IMG/VR virus record: IMGVR_UViG_3300029220_000012 | DNA length: 45,172 nt | From: a virus | Strand: one strand, 5' to 3' | In this document: positions 6,421-14,748 of the stretch, piece after piece | Numbering within the stretch: position 1 is the stretch's first letter | How the letters are laid out: each line of letters begins with the position of its first letter | Translations under genes and position numbers: made by a program | Notes under the pieces: generated by a model | Databases searched by the model: none | What the model was told of the DNA's origin: nothing | Seen by the model: the letters and a program-made list of their open reading frames with translations, nothing else

Positions 6421-8983
6421 GTCCGAGCTGCACCTGGACGATATTCGCCCCTTTTTAACCGGTGTAAAAACAAAGCCGGGCGGACATATTACCGCTACCT
6501 GTCCCTTGTGCGGTAAGGCAGATCATCTGCACATAGACGAAAAGGGCGGCACACTTCTGGTATATTGCCAGAAGTGCAACGCTCCCGGCACGGACATTCT
6601 GAGAGAGTTCCGCCGTCTGGGAGCAAAGCCTGCCGAACCGGAGCCTGTAGATTGCAAGACGACAAAACCTATTGAAGATTACCGCCATGTCTACAGGAAC
6701 CCGGACGGCACTGAAGCTTATTACAAGCGCCGCCGCAAGTGGGCCGATGGGCACAAGGTTTTCAGCTTTGCATATGTCAATGCCGAAGGGCGCACGGTGT
6801 ACTCCAAACCCGAGAATTGTAATAACCTTTACAACTTAGATGCACTAGCAATGCATCAGAGCACAAGGTTATACATCGTCGAGGGTGAAAAGTGTGCCGA
6901 CGCCATGATGCAGCACGGGCTGCTGGCGACCACGAGCAATACCGGTGCACAGAAGGCGATTAAGCTCAGCACGACGGACAAGGCGCTGCTGGAATCATAT
7001 CCGGAGCGCATCGTCATTCCCGACAATGACGAGAAAGGCACCGATTATGCTGCAGCCTGGCAGGGCGCCAAGGTCATGGACATCACAAAGCTGTGGCCTG
7101 ACTGCCCGCCTAAAGGTGATATCGCAGATTACTTTGCTGCCGGTGGCACAGCCGAAGCAATCGAAGCCTACGAGTGGCCTGTGGTGCTCTCTCTGGACAG
7201 AGAATTCTTTGAAGGGTGCGACAGGTTCAGCCTTATCGATGAGGCGCTTCTGGAGGCGATAGCGGCGCTCACAGAGCCGTCCAAGCGTCAGCAGATGCTT
7301 TCCATGGCGAGGTTTCGCGCTGGGGAGCTGTGCTGCAAGAGGGAGTTTGAGAGCTGCTGGAAGGCGTACCTGCAGCAGCAGGCAGCTAAGGGTATAAGGT
7401 CAGATAATCTGACCAAATTTCCGCAGCAGCTGTTTGCCTTGCGGTGCGGTAACTGGAACACATCAATTAATGGCGTGTATCGAGCGGTACAGGTCGGGAC
7501 AGAATATAAAAACGAATACGCAAGTCCCATTCCCATTATGCCGACGGAGCTGCTGGTGAACGTGGAGGATGAAACCGAGAAGATTCGGCTTGCGTATTTT
7601 AAAAATGGCGGCTGGCAGAGCGTGGTGGTTCCGCGCTCCACGTTAGCCAATAAAAACAAAATAATCCTGCTGGCAGACAATGGCGTTGAAGTCAACAGCG
7701 ACAACGCCGGTCTGTTGGTGAAGTATCTGGCAGAGGTCATCGCTATGAACCCGGACATCCTGCCGCGGGTAAAGTCGATTGACCACATGGGCTGGTCCGA
7801 TGCAGGCTTTGTGCCGTACACGGACGAGGTCAAGCTGGACTGTGAGGACCAGTATAAATCTCTGGTACAGGCAGTCTCCAGCAAGGGCACGCTGGAAGAA
7901 TGGGCGGCCTATGTCGCACCGCTCCGGCAGAACCTCTATATGCGGCTGATCCTGGCTGCAAGCTTTGCGAGCGTGCTGGTCGAGCGTGTGTCTGCGCTGC
8001 CATTCGTTTTGCACCTTTGGGGCGGCACCGGCAGCGGCAAGACAGTGGCCATGATGGTGGCTGCGTCTGTTTGGGGTAATCCGGGCATGGGCAAGCTGGT
8101 GCGGACCATGAATATGACGGTCAACTCTATGATGAGTACGGCGTCTATCCTGCGTAACCTGCCGTTCTTTGGCGATGAGCTACAGACGATTAAAAGCCGC
8201 TTTGAAAATTATGATACGCTGATCATGCGCGTCACCGAAGGTCTTGACCGCGGACGCATGACCAATGCGACATTTCAGCGGCAGAAGTCTTGGCTGAACA
8301 GCTTTGTTTTTACCGGTGAAGAGCCATGCACGAAGTCTCAGTCTGGCGGCGGTGTAAAAAACCGTGTTATTGAGATTGAGTGCGACCAGCAAATAATCAG
8401 CAATGGCAACGCTGTTGTGAATTTTATCACGCAGCATTACGGCGGTGCTGGCAGGGCGTTTGTTGAAGCACTGGAAGGGAAGAACCTTGCGGCTGATTAC
8501 AATGAGATTATGCGTCTGGTGCTGGAAGTAACGGATACCACCGAGAAGCAGGCTATGGCTATGGCTCTCATGCTGCAGGCAGATGCTATTGCGAGTAAGG
8601 CTATCTTTGGTACTCCCGGCGATGTGCTGTCGCCCGAGGACATAGTTGGTTTCGTTAAGAGCAAGGCTGAAGTTGATGTTAGCGAGCGGGCGTTTAACCT
8701 TATTGTTGACGTCATCGGTGCCAATGCCGACAAATTCGATACTGAATTTCACGATTTTGCCGGATATGCTTACTGGGGCAGACGTAAGAATAATGGCGTA
8801 ATCCTAATTAATAAAACCGTTCTTGAGGAAGAATTAGAAAAGAAAGGTTTTGACTATGCTGCTCTAAAGAAAAAATGGGCTGAAGCAGGTCATCTGCTGA
8901 AAACGACGCAGGGAAGGTTTTACGGACTATATTCCCTGAATCATGTTAGAGCAAATTATGTTGCTCTTTATGTAAAAGGTTAG
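6401..8983 (+). CDS. DNA primase-helicase (zinc finger, Toprim and P-loop domains)
   Basis: CPLCGK...CQKCN. Toprim motifs YIVEGEKCADA and IVIPDNDEKG. P-loop GGTGSGKT. Start ambiguous (6374, 6398 or 6401); overlaps the ssb 3' end. Confidence 0.85.
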   Translation: MKRSLSKSELHLDDIRPFLTGVKTKPGGHITATCPLCGKADHLHIDEKGGTLLVYCQKCNAPGTDILREFRRLGAKPAEPEPVDCKTTKPIEDYRHVYRNPDGTEAYYKRRRKWADGHKVFSFAYVNAEGRTVYSKPENCNNLYNLDALAMHQSTRLYIVEGEKCADAMMQHGLLATTSNTGAQKAIKLSTTDKALLESYPERIVIPDNDEKGTDYAAAWQGAKVMDITKLWPDCPPKGDIADYFAAGGTAEAIEAYEWPVVLSLDREFFEGCDRFSLIDEALLEAIAALTEPSKRQQMLSMARFRAGELCCKREFESCWKAYLQQQAAKGIRSDNLTKFPQQLFALRCGNWNTSINGVYRAVQVGTEYKNEYASPIPIMPTELLVNVEDETEKIRLAYFKNGGWQSVVVPRSTLANKNKIILLADNGVEVNSDNAGLLVKYLAEVIAMNPDILPRVKSIDHMGWSDAGFVPYTDEVKLDCEDQYKSLVQAVSSKGTLEEWAAYVAPLRQNLYMRLILAASFASVLVERVSALPFVLHLWGGTGSGKTVAMMVAASVWGNPGMGKLVRTMNMTVNSMMSTASILRNLPFFGDELQTIKSRFENYDTLIMRVTEGLDRGRMTNATFQRQKSWLNSFVFTGEEPCTKSQSGGGVKNRVIEIECDQQIISNGNAVVNFITQHYGGAGRAFVEALEGKNLAADYNEIMRLVLEVTDTTEKQAMAMALMLQADAIASKAIFGTPGDVLSPEDIVGFVKSKAEVDVSERAFNLIVDVIGANADKFDTEFHDFAGYAYWGRRKNNGVILINKTVLEEELEKKGFDYAALKKKWAEAGHLLKTTQGRFYGLYSLNHVRANYVALYVKG

Positions 8984-9260
8984 CAATGTTAGCTAAAGGT
9001 TAGCTAAAAAATGGCTCAACCATGCGGCTTATAAACCTTTAGCTAACATAATAACATTAGCTAACATAATTAGATATATACGTATGGAGTTTTCTGCTTT
9101 AGACTAGGGCGGAAATAAAAATAATATATATCGATATTCTTTCAAAAATGACGTTAGCTTGTTAGCTAAAACTGAAAAACAGCTCAACCATGCGGTTTAT
9201 AGGGTTTTGAAAGGTTATCTTTAAGGTTAGCGAGCTAACCTTAAAAGGTCAGCTAAAGGA
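8979..9260. repeat. Putative replication origin: GTTAGC/TTAGCTAA(C) iterons flanking an AT-rich core
   Basis: About 9-10 copies (8979, 8988, 8998, 9039, 9057, 9153, 9161, dyad GGTTAGCGAGCTAACC at 9235-9250). 14-nt repeat GCTCAACCATGCGG at 9014 and 9182. AT-rich stretch about 9048-9150. Non-coding, directly after the primase-helicase gene. Confidence 0.65.
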
Positions 9261-9268
9261 GGGAAACG

Positions 9269-9433
9269 ATGTTATTTAAAATTTTGAGTACTATGTTACG
9301 TGACTTTATTGCAGGACTGGTTATGGCGGTGGGGTGCTGCTGTATGATGGTGGCACAGGCTTTTGTCAAAGCTGCTGTTTGCCTCGCCCGGTTTGCGTGC
9401 AAGGTCAATAGGGTGAAATGTGATGTTAAGTAA
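9269..9433 (+). CDS. 54-aa hydrophobic Cys-rich small protein (not in ORF track)
   Basis: AAAGGAGGG 6 nt upstream of the ATG. Predicted TM segment FIAGLVMAVGCCCMMVAQAF. Confidence 0.45.
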   Translation: MLFKILSTMLRDFIAGLVMAVGCCCMMVAQAFVKAAVCLARFACKVNRVKCDVK

Positions 9434-9542
9434 AATCTGTCTGGTGTTTGCAGTGCTGATCAGCATTGTGTGGATAGTGAGCCTGACGGTGTTAGTTGGT
9501 TGCGGTGCTATATGGGCGCTGCAGAAGTTAGGAGGAATGTAA
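9423..9542 (+). CDS. 39-aa single-TM small protein (not in ORF track)
   Basis: Overlaps the previous ORF by 11 nt. Its stop abuts ATG 9543. TM segment ICLVFAVLISIVWIVSLTVLVG. Confidence 0.35.
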   Translation: MLSKICLVFAVLISIVWIVSLTVLVGCGAIWALQKLGGM

Positions 9543-9995
9543 ATGTTCATTAAAACAAAAAACGGAGACTATGTGAACTCTAAGAATATCGGTACATTAA
9601 AAATCGTACGTTATGCTGGCAATTTTAACGTTATTGCAGACTGCACCGGCTATGGCAGCGAATATTGCTTCTACACAAGTGCCAAGAAGGAAGACGCACA
9701 AGCGTATATGACCTTGATGGTGAACCGCCTGGATGAGGTGGAAGCTGCAACCATGCAGTACCCGCGTTGCGCTATCCTCAAGGTGTCGGAGTCTACTGTT
9801 GATGCAATGCGTTATAGCTATCGCAATCGCCCGCTCCAAAGCGAGCCGCAGCATGCAGCCAGCAAGAACACTAAGCTGTCCGCAATGCTGAATGCGCTTG
9901 TTGATGACTTCGCCGCATCCGGCGACACAGACAATCTCCTGAAGATTAATGCATACATTCGCATGTATCTGCAAAAGGAGGCTAACCATGAATAA
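9543..9995 (+). CDS. Hypothetical protein
   Basis: AGGAGGAATGTAA precedes the ATG. 150-aa ORF, no motif recognised. Confidence 0.7.
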   Translation: MFIKTKNGDYVNSKNIGTLKIVRYAGNFNVIADCTGYGSEYCFYTSAKKEDAQAYMTLMVNRLDEVEAATMQYPRCAILKVSESTVDAMRYSYRNRPLQSEPQHAASKNTKLSAMLNALVDDFAASGDTDNLLKINAYIRMYLQKEANHE

Positions 9996-10503
9996 ACAAT
10001 ATCTGATGTTGAATCTGGAGTCTGACACCTTTAAGGGCATGAAGGCCGATTTTGATGAGCTGCTGCAGCAGCTTCTGGAGAAGCTCTTTGCTGGCCGTAT
10101 TGCTGATGGCTCTATCAGCATGAAGTTGTCCGTCAGCTTGACCGAAACCTATTCCGAAACAATGGGTAAGGACATTTCTGTACCGCTGTTCAAACATAAA
10201 ACTACCGCCAATTACACGGAGAAGCTGGAGAATGCCGGTGCTGTCTCCCTGCCTAACACGTATCTGGAATACGACGAAGACCTCGGGGAGTTCGTCCTGA
10301 AGCCTTGCGGCGGCGAGCAGGACATGTTCGCGGAGCAGGAAGCTGAGGTTGATGAAGTAACTGTTGACGTTAAAGCCATTCCGCAGGACTGCCACCGTCC
10401 CCTGCAGGTGCGTGATCCTATGTGCAATGACTGCGCTAATCGCGATACCAGCGCCTGCGACCATTGCGATGGCTGCGACAAGTGGGAGCCTACGGTAAAA
10501 TGA
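9988..10503 (+). CDS. Hypothetical protein with C-terminal Cys cluster
   Basis: AAAAGGAGG before ATG 9988, so the track start at 9949 is rejected. C-terminus CNDCANRDTSACDHCDGCDKW. Confidence 0.7.
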   Translation: MNKQYLMLNLESDTFKGMKADFDELLQQLLEKLFAGRIADGSISMKLSVSLTETYSETMGKDISVPLFKHKTTANYTEKLENAGAVSLPNTYLEYDEDLGEFVLKPCGGEQDMFAEQEAEVDEVTVDVKAIPQDCHRPLQVRDPMCNDCANRDTSACDHCDGCDKWEPTVK

Positions 10504-11906
10504 TTCCGCTGCGTCCCTACCAGCAGGAGCTGGTGGATAACATCCGCAGGGCAATCGGTCAGGGGCGGCACAGCGTGTGTGCAGTGTTGGGCTGTGGCGG
10601 TGGCAAGTCCGTTATTCAGGGCAACATCGCCGCCAGCGCCACGGCACGTGGCAATAGGGTGCTGTTTGTGGTCCATCGCAAGGAGTTATGCCAGCAGATT
10701 ACCAACACTTTCACGGCATGCGGCGTAGACTTCTCTCTTTGTACCGTAGGCATGGTGCAGACGGTCTGTCGCAGGCTGGCCAAAACGCCGGAACCGAAGT
10801 TGATTCTGGTCGACGAGGCGCACCACATCCTGTCGCAGAGTTATTTGTCTATCCTGCAGCATTTTCCTGGTGCCGTCGTCTTAGGCTTTACCGCCACGCC
10901 GCAAAGGATGAACGAGGGTGGCCTGGGTGCCGTCTTTGAAGAGCTCATCGAGTCAGTGAGCACCGAGTGGCTCATCCAGAACCATTATCTGGCACCGTAC
11001 AAATATTACGGTGTGCAGCTGGCGGATGCCAGCAAGCTGCATACCAAACGCGGCGATTACGACAAAGCCGAAGTTGAAGCGCTTATGAATAAGCGTGCCA
11101 TCTTTGGCAGTGCTGTTGAGAACTGGCTGCAGCTGGCCAAGGGTAAGCAGACCATCGTGTACTGCTCGTCTATCGCCACCAGCGAGGGCACAGCGGCCGC
11201 TTTCAGGGAGCAGGGGATAAATGCTATGCACCTTGACGGTACAACGCCGCAGGCGCAAAGACAGGCCGCCGTAGAGGGCTTCCGACGCGGTGAGATCACG
11301 GTCCTTTGCAACGTTGATTTGTTTGGCGAGGGCTTTGACGTACCTGACTGTGATTGCGTGGTGCTGATGCGGCCTACCAAGTCGCTCACGCTGCATATCC
11401 AGCAGTCGATGCGGTCGATGCGCACCAATCCCAACAATCCGGATAAGGTTGCGCTGATCCTGGACCATGTGGGCAATTTCACCCGGCACGGTCTGCCGGA
11501 TGACGTGCGAGAGTGGTCGCTGGAATCCAAAGCCAAGAAGAAAAAGCAGGAGCTCAGCGTCAAGCAGTGCCCGAATTGCTTTGCCGTGGTCAAGTCAGCG
11601 GTCACCGAGTGCCCTCTCTGTCATTACGTGTGGGAGAAAGAAGAGCGCGAAGGTCCGGAGGTCGTGGAGGACATCATCCTGCAGGAAGTCGCGCGCATGC
11701 CGTATAGTAAACACATCGAGTGTAAGTCATGGGCGCAGCTGGAGCTGTTCCGCTCGACGCACAAACGTGCTGATGGAAAGATTTTTAAGTTCGCCTGGTC
11801 GCTACACAAAGCGGTGCAGCTGGGGCTGGCAGTACCGGAACGGTACCGCAGTGCAGCTATCCGCCTGCTGCGTCAGGATGAATACAGGAGGTTAAAGTTT
11901 GAATAA
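10500..11906 (+). CDS. DEAD/DEAH-box (superfamily 2) helicase
   Basis: Walker A GCGGGKS, DEAH box LVDEAHH, GFTATP motif. ATGA overlap at 10500. Confidence 0.9.
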   Translation: MIPLRPYQQELVDNIRRAIGQGRHSVCAVLGCGGGKSVIQGNIAASATARGNRVLFVVHRKELCQQITNTFTACGVDFSLCTVGMVQTVCRRLAKTPEPKLILVDEAHHILSQSYLSILQHFPGAVVLGFTATPQRMNEGGLGAVFEELIESVSTEWLIQNHYLAPYKYYGVQLADASKLHTKRGDYDKAEVEALMNKRAIFGSAVENWLQLAKGKQTIVYCSSIATSEGTAAAFREQGINAMHLDGTTPQAQRQAAVEGFRRGEITVLCNVDLFGEGFDVPDCDCVVLMRPTKSLTLHIQQSMRSMRTNPNNPDKVALILDHVGNFTRHGLPDDVREWSLESKAKKKKQELSVKQCPNCFAVVKSAVTECPLCHYVWEKEEREGPEVVEDIILQEVARMPYSKHIECKSWAQLELFRSTHKRADGKIFKFAWSLHKAVQLGLAVPERYRSAAIRLLRQDEYRRLKFE

Positions 11907-12330
11907 ATCTGAAGCTCAAATCATGAAGGAGATTGAGGTCGCGGTGTCTGCTGCAGGGCACAAGATTTTCCGCGTCAATGTTGGCGAGGGCTATCTGTAC
12001 CGCACGCAGCCGACGCAGGCGACGCTTGACCTTGAGAACAAGCGCAGCCGCTGGTTTAAGAGCGGACCGCCGCAAGGCTACAGCGATTTGTCTGGTGTAG
12101 CGTATCCGTCGGGCAAGGCAATCTTTATCGAGTGCAAGACGGCAACCGGCAAGCCGACGCTGCAGCAGTGCGTGTTCCTACTGGCGATGCTAGCGGCAGG
12201 CGCCAATGCTGGTATCGCACGCAGCTCCGAGGAGGCGTTGGCGATTTGCGAGATGACGGACGACCTGCGTCAGAAGATGGGAGAGTATATCCATGGCTGG
12301 TTGGTTAAGCTTAGGCAGCGTGGTAAGTGA
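11899..12330 (+). CDS. VRR-NUC family nuclease
   Basis: PD-(D/E)xK-type core GYSDLSGV...IFIECK. TTG start 7 nt after AGGAGG. Typical partner of the upstream helicase. Confidence 0.75.
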   Translation: MNKSEAQIMKEIEVAVSAAGHKIFRVNVGEGYLYRTQPTQATLDLENKRSRWFKSGPPQGYSDLSGVAYPSGKAIFIECKTATGKPTLQQCVFLLAMLAAGANAGIARSSEEALAICEMTDDLRQKMGEYIHGWLVKLRQRGK

Positions 12331-12610
12331 TCCGTGGCCTGATTGTACCGACAGCGAGTTCTGGGGGCAGCTGCTACCAAGTGCTGCCCGCCATGACCAT
12401 AAGCTGTATGTTAAGCTCATCGGTCTGCGCTTTGCCGGAGCAGAGCTGTTGCCTAGTGCACGCTTCGGGCTGCGCCTGGTCATGGCTAACAAGGCGACGG
12501 TGACTCAGCAGGAGGCGAGGGAGCTGCTTGCTCCCCACTCTGAGCTGTTGCTTAATTTATTTTTACACATAGGAGGTGGCGCAGGTGGACAACAAAAAAC
12601 TGATCCATGA
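12293..12610 (+). CDS. Questionable ORF filling the gap before the regulator gene
   Basis: Only an open frame. Overlaps both neighbours, no clear RBS. ATG 12482 is an alternative start. Confidence 0.3.
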   Translation: MAGWLSLGSVVSDPWPDCTDSEFWGQLLPSAARHDHKLYVKLIGLRFAGAELLPSARFGLRLVMANKATVTQQEARELLAPHSELLLNLFLHIGGGAGGQQKTDP

Positions 12611-13094
12611 CACTGTTGTAGCGACGCTGGCTGCCTTAAATAGCCAGCCTAAGCCGCAGGATTGCTACAAGGCAACGGAAGCACGGCTGTATGCTTACTC
12701 GACGCTGCGCGCGAACATTGAGCAGTACAAGCTTGATATCCGTGACCTGAAGACGGAGCGTGTCACAGAAAAATCTAAAGACATTACCTGCTGGGGCGGC
12801 GCAAGTTCTCGCCTGACGCCCGAAGAGAAGCAGCAGGCACGCATTATGGCTGTAGAAGTTAAGCTGGCGCGTGATCAGGCGGAAGTTGATAAAATTGACC
12901 GCATCTTGAACAGGCTGGAAGCAAGCGAGGATGCGGTGGCGGTAGACCTTATCCGTCAGGCGTATTTTTTCTGCGTGCCTTTGGATGATATTGCGCTGCG
13001 TGCAGGTGTGTCGCTCTCGACCATCCAGCGCAGGCGTACGCGCCTGGTGCGGCAGCTAGCGTTGATGTTATATGGAGCGGAGGCGTTGATGTAA
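12585..13094 (+). CDS. Sigma-70 region-4-like transcriptional regulator (RinA/ArpU-type late activator candidate)
   Basis: C-terminal HTH DDIALRAGVSLSTIQRRRTRLVRQL. GTG 12585 lies 8 nt after AGGAGG. Confidence 0.6.
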   Translation: MDNKKLIHDTVVATLAALNSQPKPQDCYKATEARLYAYSTLRANIEQYKLDIRDLKTERVTEKSKDITCWGGASSRLTPEEKQQARIMAVEVKLARDQAEVDKIDRILNRLEASEDAVAVDLIRQAYFFCVPLDDIALRAGVSLSTIQRRRTRLVRQLALMLYGAEALM

Positions 13095-13333
13095 TGACAA
13101 TTCTTTCACGTGAACGTATCTTGAAGACGAAAGTCACTTGCAAGACTAGCCGCATCTGCCAGCGTCAGCGGCAGTGGGCAACTCTTAGAGTGGTACAAAA
13201 ATCCACGGCTATTGGACCTAGCTTTATTTCCCAATTAATCCGCAAGCACCGCGAAGTTGTATTACTTCGCAGCGCTCGTGGCTGCTGTCAAGTTTTTGCT
13301 TATTGCATAACGGAGGTGACACAAATATTATGA
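13094..13333 (+). CDS. Hypothetical basic 79-aa protein
   Basis: TAATG overlap at the start and ATGA overlap at the end suggest translational coupling. Composition is odd (Arg/Cys-rich). Confidence 0.45.
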   Translation: MTILSRERILKTKVTCKTSRICQRQRQWATLRVVQKSTAIGPSFISQLIRKHREVVLLRSARGCCQVFAYCITEVTQIL

Positions 13334-13563
13334 TTAGTTTGTATCCTGTGATTGCTGAAAAATTGCATATCCCTGTTGGCAAGGAGTTTAAGCTCAAGCC
13401 TAAGCGTGGCGGAGTATATCCGGCGCAGTACCGTTTCAGTGCTGATGATTTGGAGTACTGTCCAAGGCAGTGCTGCTATTGGGTAAGCATTGGTAATCAG
13501 CCCATGCAGATGCGTATTTTTCTGGCTTTACTGCGTGGCGGCGTGGAGGTAGTAAAGGAGTAA
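13330..13563 (+). CDS. Hypothetical 77-aa protein
   Basis: ATG 13330 coupled by ATGA. Shares the pattern IAEKL..VG.EFK...F with 13789..14214. Confidence 0.6.
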   Translation: MISLYPVIAEKLHIPVGKEFKLKPKRGGVYPAQYRFSADDLEYCPRQCCYWVSIGNQPMQMRIFLALLRGGVEVVKE

Positions 13564-13775
13564 TGAAAGAGAAAAAACTTTATACATGTGAAATCTGCCA
13601 TACTGATTACGCTGACAAAAATAGATGTCGTGAATGCGAGAAATCGCATAATATTGATTTGCAGATTAAGGCAATAGGTAAGTATAAACCTATTGGTGTT
13701 TGCAGTGATGGTTTCCCTTACAGCATTACTATTAGTACTGCTGACGGGAAAAGAGAATATACATACCATCGTTGA
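13563..13775 (+). CDS. 70-aa zinc-ribbon protein
   Basis: CEICH...CRECE pairs. TAATG overlap with the upstream ORF. Confidence 0.65.
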   Translation: MKEKKLYTCEICHTDYADKNRCRECEKSHNIDLQIKAIGKYKPIGVCSDGFPYSITISTADGKREYTYHR

Positions 13776-13788
13776 GAGGTGATTAAAG

Positions 13789-14214
13789 ATGAGTAAAAAT
13801 CTTCTCCCAGAAATCGCTAAGATGCTGGATGTAGAGATGTACGAAAAATTTAAAATCGAGGGCATGAGCTCTGACCTGGTTTTCCGAATCGGTGTAGACG
13901 GACTCGAAATGGAACGTTTTGACTATGCTGAGGATGACCGTATATGGGTGACTCTTGCTTCGTGCAATTTTGTTGATTTGTTGACTGGTAAGGCAAAAAT
14001 TGTTAAACTGCCGTGGAAGCCTGCTTATCGTCAGAAGTATTGGACTTTTGGCTTAAAAGATGGTATTTGGGTAGTTGTACCGAGAGAGTGGGAAGATTAT
14101 CCTGCTGAAATTCTTTTAGCAGACAAAGGATGGACATATCGCACACGTGAAGAAGCCTGCGCCGCTTTGCCTGGAGTGGCGAAAGAAATAGGTGTTGAGT
14201 TTATAGTTAAGTAG
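13789..14214 (+). CDS. Hypothetical protein
   Basis: RBS GAGAGGTG. 141-aa ORF. Confidence 0.7.
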   Translation: MSKNLLPEIAKMLDVEMYEKFKIEGMSSDLVFRIGVDGLEMERFDYAEDDRIWVTLASCNFVDLLTGKAKIVKLPWKPAYRQKYWTFGLKDGIWVVVPREWEDYPAEILLADKGWTYRTREEACAALPGVAKEIGVEFIVK

Positions 14215-14312
14215 GACTCTAAATTTATAAAGCAGGCACCTACTCAACGTTTCCTGATGAAATTCACGATGAAGTCGACATCATTTTTCCGGAAGGCTGC
14301 CACGAAGTAAAA

Positions 14313-14453
14313 ATGCGTGACGACACCGCCGCCATCGAGTGGCCGGACGGACACATTACATTGTCCACCGAAATTTTCACGGAACACCGCGGTGGTACGG
14401 CAGTGCCCTATGTGGTTGACTGCAGCGGTCAATTCCCTAAAAAATTTACTTGA
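14313..14453 (+). CDS. Possible short ORF or gene remnant (open frame from 14223 without a canonical start)
   Basis: The frame 14223-14453 reads protein-like (FPDEIHDEVDIIFPEGCHEVKMRDDTAAIEWPDGHITLSTEIF...). The only ATG is internal at 14313 and has a weak RBS. Confidence 0.3.
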   Translation: MRDDTAAIEWPDGHITLSTEIFTEHRGGTAVPYVVDCSGQFPKKFT

Positions 14454-14468
14454 AAGCTAAAAAATGAC

Positions 14469-14497
14469 TTGAAGCAGTGAAAAAAAAGCGGTATAAT
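14469..14497 (+). promoter_or_regulatory. Promoter P6 (TTGAAG-17 bp-TATAAT, preceded by AAAATGAC)
   Basis: Near-consensus hexamers. Shares the ATGACTTG motif of the promoter family. Confidence 0.7.
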
Positions 14498-14503
14498 ATA
14501 ACC

Positions 14504-14635
14504 ACGGAGAAGTGTCGATAAAAGCGGCATTCGCCTGCCACTTCTCGTTGCGAAGCGGTGCGTATTTTGACTGAATGCGCACCGCTTTACTATATTGTGT
14601 ATGTAGCGTCTGGCTTTTAGCCGGGCGCTTTTTTT
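14504..14635 (+). ncRNA. Candidate ~130-nt structured RNA or leader, class unknown
   Basis: No credible ORF or RBS. Hairpins at 14507-14546 (8 bp, GAGAAGTG/CACTTCTC) and 14553-14587 (12 bp). Terminator at the 3' end. Confidence 0.45.
14606..14635 (+). terminator. Intrinsic terminator
   Basis: Stem GCGTCTGGC/GCCGGGCGC (two G-U pairs), 5-nt loop, then T7 (14629-14635). Confidence 0.75.
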
Positions 14636-14719
14636 ATGCCCGGAAGCCGTAACCTAAGGGACGGAACATCCCTTATTATTCTCAAATCCTCAGCGGTAGT
14701 CCGGGCACCAATAAATGAC

Positions 14720-14748
14720 TTGCAATTATCGCGGGAGTGAGTTAACAT
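14720..14748 (+). promoter_or_regulatory. Promoter P2 (TTGCAA-17 bp-TAACAT)
   Basis: Family member with AAATGAC upstream and GAGT before the -10. The -10 overlaps ATG 14747. Confidence 0.55.

Noticed and set aside
8979-9260. Possible CRISPR array, because of many short repeats
   Set aside because: The repeat unit is only about 6-9 bp and occurs in both orientations with irregular, very short spacing. There are no 25-40-bp repeat/spacer periodicity and no cas genes. An iteron-type origin fits better.
14638-14710. tRNA-like candidate: a perfect 7-bp closing stem (GCCCGGA/TCCGGGC) followed by ACCA, total length about 73 nt, with a possible 4-bp D-like stem (CCGT/ACGG)
   Set aside because: No T arm (no GTTCRA-type loop) and no 5-bp anticodon stem with a U33-containing 7-nt loop can be drawn on either strand. 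It is treated instead as part of the structured leader described at 14469-14712.
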